Positions 41,012-51,377 of a DNA stretch of 64,000 nt are shown piece by piece. The notes below the pieces were generated by a model, which did not search any database, was not told where the DNA came from, and saw nothing but the letters and a program-made list of their open reading frames with translations. The translations under genes were made by a program, and so were the position numbers. Origin of the DNA: Chlorokybus atmophyticus (lineage: Eukaryota; Plantae; Mesostigma and Chlorokybus algae); the NCBI GenBank assembly GCA_009103225.1, contig RHPI01000003.1, positions 466,900 through 530,899 of the forward strand, given 5' to 3'. Position 1 is the stretch's first letter; every line of letters starts with the position of its first letter.

Positions 41012-41068
41012 CCCAAGTGCTGCACATACCCTGGCGTCGAAGATACCAGGGTATGTGCAGCACTTGGG
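41012..41068. repeat. Perfect 23-bp inverted repeat with an 11-nt loop
   Basis: cccaagtgctgcacataccctgg (41012-41034) is the exact reverse complement of ccagggtatgtgcagcacttggg (41046-41068). Confidence 0.95.
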
Positions 41069-41310
41069 GTTCTGGTTCAAAGTGAGACGTTGCACACAGC
41101 ATTCCTAATATGGACATGGGAGCCAAGGCATGCTGGTAGTCACAGGTCTGCTCTCCTGAGCAACTTTGTGGTCGCCTCAAGGGGTGGATGCCGGAAGGGA
41201 GGGAGAAAACTTGAGCAACTTGAGCAAGTGTCAGAAGCAAGCACACTAGTGCCCGTTATATATGAACGATTTGGACAACTATATACAAATAAGTCAGGCG
41301 CTTGCAACAG

Positions 41311-43894
41311 CTAAGCAAGATGGCCTATAGGCTGGTTTCCACGGAAGCGTAGGAAGAGAAGTTGTGATCTATTGGCAAAGCACACTTCTCCTTCGTGGCT
41401 GACTGCCAGATCCTGGCAGAAGTGACGGTCCTTGTTCCACTGCCCGGGCTCACACATATGAATACCCGTCTGGTAAAAGACAAGCTCCTTGACTTTGCCA
41501 GTCGCCAAGTTGACGAGAAAAGTCATCCCTCCAAGGGTGCGACAAGCTGCGTAACAACCAGTCACCTGCCAGATTCCCCAATAGTCTGGCATTGTGAGTG
41601 CGCGTGTGTTGTCCATGCTGTACAGTCTGCTCGCTCCAGACTTGGAGATGCTCGCATACACCCATGGGCTGAGCAGCACGCAGGGCCTGGGCAACGCATT
41701 CTGGCTGAACACCTTTGCAAAGTTGTTGTTGGCGTCCAGCACCATGAAAGAGCAGTACTGGTAGACTCCAAACAAGGCCTTGCCCTCGTCCATGAAGGCG
41801 CTGCAGTGTATGTCCGGCGCAATGTCTGTCAAGACCACCTCTAGACCAAAAAGTCGCCGTGCTGAAACTATCAATATACAATATACATTCCCTTTTGTCA
41901 TGGCTGATGATGCAGCCGGCATACTCGTCCGGAAGGCGGTCAAGACCTGCATGTGTGAAGTAAGCCGGTAACTTACGACTTCTCCCGTGGTCAGGTCCAC
42001 ATCTGCAAGAATCGTATGGCCGAACTGGTTTTGCGCAACCATGTGACAAACTGTTGGAGCCGCAAGCCCACACATCCACACGCGTGCGCGACAGTTGACT
42101 TCCGCCTCTGCAGGAAAAACGATTAGGTGATCGCGTATACTGAAGTCAATCCATGCGGAGGTTTTGGTCCGAACTTCTCTTCTGTGGACGCTGTAGCTGA
42201 CCAGCAATGTGCCCTCCTGCGGGACTTCGCAAACGACACAATCACCTAGGAAATGGGTGCGATGGGGCGGTTGCCATAACGGATCCTGATCGGTGGGTCT
42301 GTATTCGCCTCTCTCATACCTCGAATGCCTATGGATAACGCTCACTGTCTGACACTTGAGCCAACTCAGCTGTTTGGGAGTGATGATGTCAAACTGATGC
42401 CCAAGTGATGCGACCGGCTGACTCGCTGTTGCGTGGACTCCCTTTTGCTTATCCTCCTGCACGCAGCGCACCTTTGACGGAGACTCCTCATTGTACTCCA
42501 CCTTCTCCAGTTGATGTCCAAGTTCTGCGACGGGCCCACTCGATGTTGCGTGGACTCCCTGCTGCTTGTCCTCCAGCACGCGGCACAACATTTGGTGGAG
42601 GCTCCTTCTTGCCCTTCCTGCACCTGCTCCTCCTCTCCCTCCCCCCTCTCGCTTCTCTCCTCCTCAGCAGCCTCATTGTCACCAACATCCTCCTTATTCT
42701 CCTCGTTCTTCTTCTGCCCCTCCTCTGATACCGGTGACAATGTCAATGATGGCGGGCTAGCGGACTTCCTTTTGCGGTTGCCATGTGATTCTGCAATGGT
42801 CTCCACGGGGTCAGAAACTGCTTCGAAGCCTGCCTTATCGAGCAGCGTGTTAGGGGTGCTGCCAGGCATGGCTGCTGGTGCTGGCGCTGGCGCTAGCGCT
42901 GGTGCTAATGTTGGTGGCTCGCTCTAATAGTGTTGGACAGCCCGGTGCATCTCTCGTGTGCCTGCACCGTGTACAGAGATGTTGTCTCAACCACTTACAC
43001 AATGCAACCCACCCATTGCTTTTGTAGTCAGGACCTTTATATCTTGAGCAACAGGTAGAACATGTGCTTTGCTGCAAATGCGTGTGCATGTGCGTGACGT
43101 GTATATGAGTGTGTGCATGCATGGTTGCTGCAACTGCCATTGCAGCAGACAGTGTGCATGTCCATGTGTGCGTTCTAAGGTCACGATGAGCAGAGCAGGT
43201 TTATTGCTGGTTGTATGGCGGTTGATGGAATGTTGTTGAACTCAGTGCACAGGTGTTGGCATACCCCCCCCCCAGAGCAGGTCAAGATTACAGGATGTCA
43301 GTACCTGAGTGTTAAGAAAGCAGCCGCCGCAAACCAGTTCAGCACACCTCAGGCAGCGCAGTCCACCTGCAAGCAATCTTCCATTCCATCATGCAACACA
43401 TTACACATCGCGCTGCACACAAACACACAACATGCGTGCCACGGTCATACAAAACGCTAGCACGGTGAACCAAGCAAGCACACACGCGCACACAAAGGAG
43501 TTGGTTCCGCCTATGGTCAGATGAAGGCGAAGCTTGTTGGCAGCGTACAGTGTTGCTTGTCATAATGGTCACGTACAAGTCACAACAACAAATGCCACAG
43601 ATTACACATTGCACATGTGTTGACTCCATTCACAATGAGCCTCACCATGTCTCGGCAGTACGGGCATCTGGCCTCCAGCAAGTCATTGAGGAGCTCTCGT
43701 CGGCAGCTACGGAGATGATGCTGATGCTTGTAGCAGCTGCGGCAAAGGGCGGCCTCACACCGCAGGCACGCAGCGCCAACCCGCCACGCCCCGCACGCGC
43801 AACTCACTTCTTGTTGTTGTTATTGTTGTTGTTGTCGTTGTTGTTCGTGTTGGCATCTTCCTTGGGTGGAAGTGCTCGCGTTGCCGGTCGCCAT
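41311..43894 (-). pseudogene. B-box-like family copy 10: disrupted N-terminal Cys exons with an uninterrupted 426-codon linker/propeller ORF
   Basis: Exon 1 MATGNASTSTQ...QQQQ*QQQEVSCACGAWRVGAACLRCEAALCRSCY...CPYCRDM; exon 2 has a 1-bp deletion; a frameshift lies near 42.59 kb; ORF 41311-42591 is open and ends QDLAVSHEGEVCFANRSQLLFLRF... Confidence 0.75.
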
Positions 43895-44792
43895 CGCCTG
43901 CAAGAAACCCAGCAACAGTAACAGGCGGGTGTTGACATGCTACTAACCAAGGCTGTCACATGCAGTAGGCTGCTGCCTTCCTGATGGTTGATCTTAAAGT
44001 CAGAGAGGGCTATGTGCTGCCAAAAAACAACCAACAATCACGTAGGCTCACAAGCCACATCAATCTTGCTTGCACCATCTAGACGCACACCCACACATAA
44101 AGGTTTCTGGCATGCTAGCACGCAGAGCGCGTGTTGGCGGCCCTAACCCACCCTAGATAACGTGACTGCGGCGTTTGCAGTTAGGTTGCATCGAGTGAGT
44201 ATATAAACGTATATACTGATTCTAGTATCACGTTCATTAATGAATACCGTATTATGCGACTCCACCCCACCCCCCCTCTTGCAACATCCCTGCTACAACA
44301 CCCCATTGATTCTGTTTTTAAGGGGGGGGGGGGGGNNNNNNNNNNNNNNNNNNNNNNNNNNNNNNNNNNNNNNNNNNNNNNNNNNNNNNNNNNNNNNNNN
44401 NNNNNNNNNNNNNNNNNNNNNNNNNNNNNNNNNNNNNNNNNNNNNNNNNNNNNNNNNNNNNNNNNNNNNNNNNNNNNNNNNNNNNNNNNNNNNNNNNNNN
44501 NNNNNNNNNNNNNNNNNNNNNNNNNNNNNNNNNNNNNNNNNNNNNNNNNNNNNNNNNNNNNNNNNNNNNNNNNNNNNNNNNNNNNNNNNNNAGCCTTGCG
44601 GGGGGGGGGGACTGTAACCCTCCTTGTACGGGCAAAATGCAGCCCTAACTAATCACCACCCCCCCCCCCCCCCAAAAGTCTTCGGGAGGGGGGCCTTTGT
44701 TTGCGAAGGGGGGTTGTATCGCACAAGTACGATATTACACTGTTCCGTTCCACGTAATTTTACCATTTCGTTATTGCAATTGCTATGCACCT

Positions 44793-44958
44793 ATTATACT
44801 ACTTTGTACACGATTAACGATGTTGCATTCCTTTTATTTCAACAATCATCCTACCTACAATCCAACTTTTGCAAGAATACCTAAGCCCTACGGTCATGCG
44901 CGTTCATCGTTGTAAGTATGGTTTACGTGATGAGCAACTGTGAATGCATTGAACATTC
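44793..44958. repeat. DIRS split repeat B2 (terminal)
   Basis: attatactactttgtacacga...gaatgcattgaacattc is nearly identical to 45390-45555. Confidence 0.92.
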
Positions 44959-45196
44959 GGGATGTACCGACGGTGGCTAGCAATGATGCGGAATGCTGTC
45001 GATGTGACATCAATATCGCACGGTCAGCAGCATGCTGCCGACGTAACCCGGATCTCATTCAGATGAGACGAATGCATCCAGATTCACGATTCATTTGTCT
45101 CGTTCTTGAGCATGAGTATGCACTTCGAAGCGTAATCGAGACGAGGCGCATAGTTCTTGTAAAGCGCGGCGGCGCATTAGGGTGGGGCGGAAAGGG

Positions 45197-45555
45197 CGAA
45201 CTTTCGGCCGTCGTCAGCAGCGTCGCCAGCAACGCCGCCGCTGAGGTGATGGCCGTAACTGCCTCTATTGCTTGACACGTGTCTGTCAAGCAACAGAGGC
45301 AAACCCTAACTTAAACTATATGTTAATCAATTGATCAATTTGTTAAACAAAACTCGCCGACCAATAGTTAAAGCCGACGAGTAATGCCCATTATACTACT
45401 TTGTACACGATGAACGATTTATATTCCTTTTGTTTCAAACAATCATCCTACCTATAGTCCAACTTTGGCAAGAACACCTAAGCCCTACGATCATGCGCGT
45501 TCATCGTTATAAGTATGGTTTACGTGATGAACAATTGTGAATGCATTAAACATTC
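45197..45555. repeat. DIRS internal B1-A2 junction block
   Basis: 45197-45390 matches 50808-50999 and abuts 45390-45555, which matches 44793-44958 (junction gtaatgcccA ttatact). Confidence 0.92.
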
Positions 45556-45727
45556 TACCTCCCCCTCCCAAGCATATATCAGTAGGGACGAGCTATAGGT
45601 GTAGAGCCTGGTGTACTTGCATTGCCAAAGTTGCACATCAAGATAGTTGTGTTTAGTTATCTGATAGTATTTGATCCTTGCGCAGATTGTGTGCAGTTGT
45701 CTGACCGTGTGTATGATTGCTGTGCAG

Positions 45728-46966
45728 ATGGACTTCGCACAGCGCTTGCAACATACCGCTGATACCCAACGCACCGCACGCGCGACTGTGCGTCCGCAGC
45801 AAGTCACCAACTGTAATTTGCGAGAGCGAGCAGCGGCAGCGCTTTTGGAAGTGGAGTCCATCAGCCGTGAAATTGTATCTGATGGCACTCGCGACCAACG
45901 CGATCGCACCTGGCAAGAGTTTGCCAACTACCTGCAACATCTTGAGCTCAACATTACCGTCGCCAATGTCACCCCAGCTGTTGTCACAAGCTACCTTGCT
46001 GGGCACTGGACCGACACACACATTGGCAAAGCTCGCATGCTCGACCGCCATGGTCATCGCATGATTGCCAGCACCACACTGGACAACATGATTTCAAATC
46101 TCGCATGCTCGTTTAGACTTCTAGGGCGCATCAGCCCTTGGGACAGCGACACATCCACAGGGAACCCGCTTCTGTCCATAGACGTGCGCGAGTTTCGCCA
46201 AGAATATGCACAGATTGTTGCTCGGCAAGGAGTTCAACCTATTCCTGCTGCGCCATTGGCGATTGATGGCATGCGTACGCTGATCCTCTACTTCCAACAG
46301 CAGCTGTTTACCATACCTCAGCAATTAACAGTCACACATGACAAAGCTGTGCTCTAGCGCGACTACGCACTTTGCCTATACCTATGGTGCACATGGCAAC
46401 AGGGTGGTAAAGGTGCGCGTGTACAGATGCACGAGATACAAGCGGCAGGTTCTGGGCTGATGGCCACTGTAACACATCTCAAAAATTACCGCACCGGAGG
46501 CGCACCCACCATACAAGTGCGCAGTAGTGGTCTGCCTGTAGAGTTCTCTGAAGCGCTCTATGCCTATTCAACCTACTGTCGCGGGAGCTCCTTCGCCATC
46601 ACCGCTGGTCCTCTATTTCGGCCTGTTGCCAAGAACAGGGAGAAGTGGGAAGAACATAGCATGTCTGGTAACTGTGCATACCATGCAATTGTGCGCTGTT
46701 GCAAGGCGTGTGGCATATGTAGGCCGCACCTGGGGTTGCACTCTTTTAGGCGTGGTGCCGCTCAAAGCGCCTTCCAGTGTGGTGTTACTCTAAAAGAAAT
46801 ACAAGCTCAAGGCACATGGAGAAGTGCTGTCATCATGCACCGTTACCTACGCGAAAGGTACGCTTACCCAATGCACAAAAGCACAAATGTATGGGTAGCG
46901 TCCTGGATTGGTGCTGTTTTTGGGTACTCGGGCACCACGTTTAATCCATTCGGGCCGTGGGCTTAA
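45728..46966 (+). pseudogene. Tyrosine recombinase of the DIRS element (one in-frame TAG at 46355-46357)
   Basis: ORFs 45671-46357 and 46427-46966 are in the same frame: VL*RDYALCLYLW...GLHSFRRGAAQ (HxxR)...IQAQGTWRSAVIMHRYLR (W and catalytic Y). Confidence 0.88.
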
Positions 46967-48733
46967 TCTGTTATAATAAGTGAATTGCTAGTCGCGAAGC
47001 ACTGGCCACCACACATCAGAGTGCCATTCAGGCACCAACATCACAGCTGGCAGCTGGTAACACTGCAATAAAGTTATGGCTTTATGCAGGAGAGCCAATG
47101 GCGGGCGACATCAGATAAAGCCGCCCCCCAAGCGTTGAAGAACATTGCGCCAGTTTGTAGTTAGAGCATTTCCCAAACGTCAAGGCACGTGTATGTAGCT
47201 GAAGTAAGCAGGTGCTTTGCTATTCCAATCAGCTGCAAAACAGTCCAATGTTAGGTGTCCAACATGCTGCTGTACATGCGCAGTTGCGTTTGCGGTTGGG
47301 GCCCGATCTCCTCTGTCAGTAAATTTAGATAATGCATCCGCATCGCGCAGCTCATCACGCGAGCGCCACACACACGTCAGCGCAAAATAACGCTCCCAGC
47401 ACAAAGACCACAACTGATGTAAAGCTTGCAGCACATGAGGCTCAGAAGCAGACAACTTGTTTAGCATTTGAATTGCTGGTTGACAATCGCCATTAATGCG
47501 CACTGTACAGTGCTGGAGAGCACGCATGCGCGCCACTTCAGTAAATGCTTGCACATAAGCGAGTGCCTCCTTGACGGCCGAAGGCAGTGATATATGGTCA
47601 GGCTTAAAGTTGCCCGCCATGCGAGGCCAAGGTCATGTCGCCCCCAAACCAATTGTACCCGAAGCGTCCACATGCAGCTCAAGCAGTATGAGGGGCTTCC
47701 ACCAAGCATTGCCATTGTAAGTCTGCAAGCCATCAGCAGTTCAATCACAGAAGTGTCTTAAAGCGTTCATATCATCCACATTATCGTCCCATGCATTCGT
47801 GGCCAATGCCAGACGCATCAATCGGCGAGCATAAATGCTTGCAGGTGCAAAAGCTAGCTTCAGCACAATCAATTTGCCAGCAATGCGTGCTAGGTGACGC
47901 TTGGTCAATACAGGAGCCTCTGCCAATTCTTTCATCAGCTGCAATAGCTTAGCTAACTTGCTTGAGGGGACGGCAAAAGAGCCGGTCACTGTGTCCAGCA
48001 GACCCAACAACTGCACTATTTGTTCCGGCCACAATTGGCTTTTCTTCACAAAAATATAGATGCCAAGGGTATTGAATAGACGCAATACACGGCGAATGCA
48101 CCAGCACAAATGCCAACGATTAGAATGGCTGAAGTGCATGTCGTCAATATAGGCCACGCAAGGAAAACCCATTGCCCGCAAAGGCGTGAAGACAGTAGAC
48201 ATCAAGGTCGTAAACAACCAGCATGCTTGATTTTGGCCAAATGGCAGTACATTCCATCTGTATGTAACTCCAGCATAGCGCAAAGCCAAGTAAGGCTTAC
48301 CGTCCTCATGAATGGGCACATGATGATACCCCGACTTCAAATCTGCTGTCACTTGCCAAAATGGCGCTTTGTGTACAACAATACATCGCGTAACCGCTCA
48401 TTACTGAAGGGGATGTGGCGCCCAAAAAGGTTGATATACCTCAAATGTATAATCAGCCTCAAACGTTTCTCCTGCTCAACTACACCTATTCCAGTAACCA
48501 CTGCCACATCATGCGCACTCACGACAAAGTGCGCATGATGTTTTGATTAAGTTGGCCAATTCAGTGACAACATAATCGCGATGTATGGAGGCGGACTTGC
48601 GATTGCGAAACACAACTGGTGTTGGGGAAATGCGTGACAGCATAGTTCTAATGTCATCAACACTGAAGCCTTCTGCCTTCAACAATGCATGTACTTCTTC
48701 CCACTTGCGTCGATCTGATGTTATAGTGCCCAC
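46870..48733 (-). pseudogene. DIRS pol: reverse transcriptase, RNase H and methyltransferase-like domain, frameshifted
   Basis: KRLRLIIHLRYIN, TADLKSGYHHVPI, NVLPFG, YIDD, FVKKSQLWPEQIVQLLG (RT); SAVKEALA...GDCQPAI...DADALSK (RNase H); DCFAADWNSKAPAYFS and LVPEWHSDVWWPVL (MT-like). Frameshifts near 48.36 and 48.51 kb. Confidence 0.9.
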
Positions 48734-49272
48734 TCATTGTAAGCGATATCCGTAACGCAACCAGTTCAGCACAAATGTCTTCTGGCCTTGCATGGCCAAT
48801 TGAAATCAAGTAATCCATGCTGTAAGCCGTTGCTGTACAGAGGCTGCTACAAAGTTTTCTGCATCTAGAGTTTCAATTCGTCAGATGTGCTATGTCTGCA
48901 CACATGCAAGTTAATTAAGCTATGCCAGAATTGACCAGTAGCTTCAGCTATGCCAACTGTAATTGTCCAGCAACATACAGCTGTGCATCATGCACACATG
49001 ATATTGTAAGCAGTGAAGAGCTGCACATATAGTACACTATGGTACATGACCCAAACATGCATGCATGCGCAGTTGCGCGCTGCTATGATACACCAGCACC
49101 TCCTGACATGCACTGCCACTGCACACGCGCACTCGCGCATTGCTATGATACGCACACCAGCACCTTTGACATGCACTGCTACTGCACAACTTAGCAGATG
49201 TATTGGCTGCACTACTCACTGCTGCAAGGTCAGGCGCGGCTGCTCTTGCATGGGTACATATTATGCTTCTTG

Positions 49273-50779
49273 TTACACTGGCACAGCCTGCTGATTGAAA
49301 TAGCCGTCTCCGCGACCATAACCACCACGACCACCGCGGCCGTAACCACTACGGCCGCGACCACGCTGAAACGGGGTGCTCCCCTCTTCGGTGACAGAGC
49401 GCCTGCAGGCGCAATATTGCATCCATGTTTTAATGTGTAATAAACTCTCAGTGAGACTCATATATGTATGACTGTGCTCATCGCGACCAGTGTGCTACTA
49501 CTCTACAATACAGGTGCTGTGCACCATCACATGAACAAGTGACGTGCCCTGCTTGACAAACATGACAGGGACCCAAGCGTGCATTGCACTATTGACATGG
49601 TGCTGCAGCTGATGTTGACAAACGGGCGCACATAGCACCATGTCTGACGGCAACTGTTGTGCACGCAACATGCACACATTGTGCGACTTGACGAACAGGC
49701 GCGCATAGCACCATTACAGATGATAGCAGCTGCTAAGCAGGCTGCATGCACACATTGTGCGTGTTTATGAGCAGGTGCGCATTGCACCATTACTACATTA
49801 CTGATCAGCGGTTGCCAATCATACTGCATGCACACATAGTGTGATTTATGCTTGAGCAGTGTGCACATGCCAGCGCATTGCGTGAATATGTTGTGAGACA
49901 ACTCTCAGATCAACAACTTGTTGAACAGACTTACTTAGGAATAGAAGTCTTGGCCTTTTGCATGGCTGCCTTGCCCTGGAAGCTGTTGGCGAGCTTTGTC
50001 AAGCGGCGGATGACCTTAGCCTCCTTGTGTTTGCGGTTGATGCGAGCATCGTTAATGATACCCCGCGCCCCGCTCGCAAAGGCGGTTGCAAAGTCTACAC
50101 TTCCGTGCACATGCGTGAGCAGCATCTGATACAAAAATGCCACCAACTGCGCAACTGGTGAACCTGTGAAGAGAGCGCGGCCAATTGCCTCGAAGCAGCC
50201 TTGCACGCCAGCGGAGAGCTTGCGCGTGCAATTCTCCTCCCACAAAGCATATGTCTCTGACTGTCTGGACAGGCGCTTGATGAAGCCTGTGTGCTTGATG
50301 TACTTGGTATGCTTGTCTCCAGAGTCGGAGCTGTCCGCATCAGAGAAGGAGGATGACGAGGAGGTTGATGACGAGGAGGACGTGCGTCTCTTCTTTTTCC
50401 TTTTGTTCCTCTTGACTTTCTTCTTTTTGTTCCCCTTTTCCTCCTCCCCTGAAGAGGATGATACCTCCCCTCTACTGCGCCTACGCCGAGGCACCTTGGG
50501 CAGCTTCACAGCGGCCTCCAAGGTCTTCCAGCGTCACGTCCTGAACCAGCGTCACAGCGTCACGCCTTTTTGGCATGACCAGTCTCCACGCGTGACTTTT
50601 GCGGCGGCGAGGCTATCGGCTCAGCAGGCTGCGTAGCCTTGCGAACGCCTATTCCCCTCATCGGCCGCTTGTTCACCTTCAGCGGCCTGCTCAGGCTGCG
50701 CAGGCTGCGCAGCTTCAGTGGCCGCTTTCTTCCGGCCACGCTGCCCGCCCGCAGCCGCAGCTCGCTTATTCGGCGGCAT
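49273..50779 (-). pseudogene. DIRS gag-like region (Lys/Ser-rich N-part, RGG-rich end), interrupted
   Basis: ATG at 50779 just inside repeat A1 after a TATATA; ORF 49931-50521; RGRGRSGYGRGGRGGYGRG at ~49.3 kb upstream of pol. The gag assignment is by position. Confidence 0.55.
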
Positions 50780-50807
50780 TGGGCACTCTTCCCCAAACTA
50801 TATAAAA

Positions 50808-50999
50808 CGAACTTTCGGCCGTCGCCAGCAGCGTCGCCAGCAACGCCGCCGCTGAGGTGATGGCCGTAACTGCCTCTGCTGCTTGACACGTGTGGGCCAA
50901 GCAACAGAGGCAAACCCTAACTTAAACTATATATACTATATATACCTTGCTGATCATTTAAATCGCCGGCCAATAGTAAGAGCCGACGAGTAATGCCCA
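50808..50999. repeat. DIRS split repeat A1 (5' terminal)
   Basis: cgaactttcggccgtc...gacgagtaatgccca is shared with 45197-45390. Confidence 0.92.
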
Positions 51000-51377
51000 A
51001 ACTGCGTGACTGACAACTATATTTTATTACGCGGTGTATCGCCCGCTTACACATCATCGCTGTGAAATACAGGTTAAACCGATTCACCGCCGAAACGAGT
51101 TTGACATCGTATTTATCGAATGGATGGGCCACGCGATGTGGCCTTGCTAATTCTTATATCGATGCCGCTTCTGACACAAGTCGTCAGCGGAGAACGCAAT
51201 ACGGCATATACAATGGTAGAGATCAGACGCACCCTCCAGCGTGGACTGCTGCGAACATACTTTGCAGGCGTTTGTTGCTCAACCATTCCGCAGTTGTAAG
51301 CAAGCAGGGAATTGTTGGGCAGTGGTTGTTGCCCTTTCTGCTACTCGCCTCCCCTCTCAGCGTTGGTTAAGGGCGTG

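Larger units (their letters stand above)
44793..50999 (-). mobile_element. DIRS-order (PAT-like) tyrosine-recombinase retrotransposon with split direct repeats A1...B1A2...B2; both ends present, ORFs decayed
   Basis: Repeat A at 50808-50999 and 45197-45390; repeat B at 45390-45555 and 44793-44958; gag, RT, RNase H and MT on the minus strand, YR on the plus strand; no target-site duplication. Confidence 0.9.

Noticed and set aside
26238-46357. Possible TAA/TAG-to-Gln genetic code: TAR codons at Gln-like positions (26238 in a Q-rich stretch, 27000 aligned to CAG in copy 4, 43820 in poly-Q, 46355 in the recombinase)
   Set aside because: All occur in sequences that also have frameshifts or TGG-to-TAG changes, and CAR-to-TAR is the commonest nonsense mutation. 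None of the housekeeping exons I reconstructed (XPO1, ELP5, OTU1, PPase, VIT, VOC, TPR) contains an in-frame TAR, and PPase, VIT and OTU1 end at TAG/TAA at homologue-like lengths.
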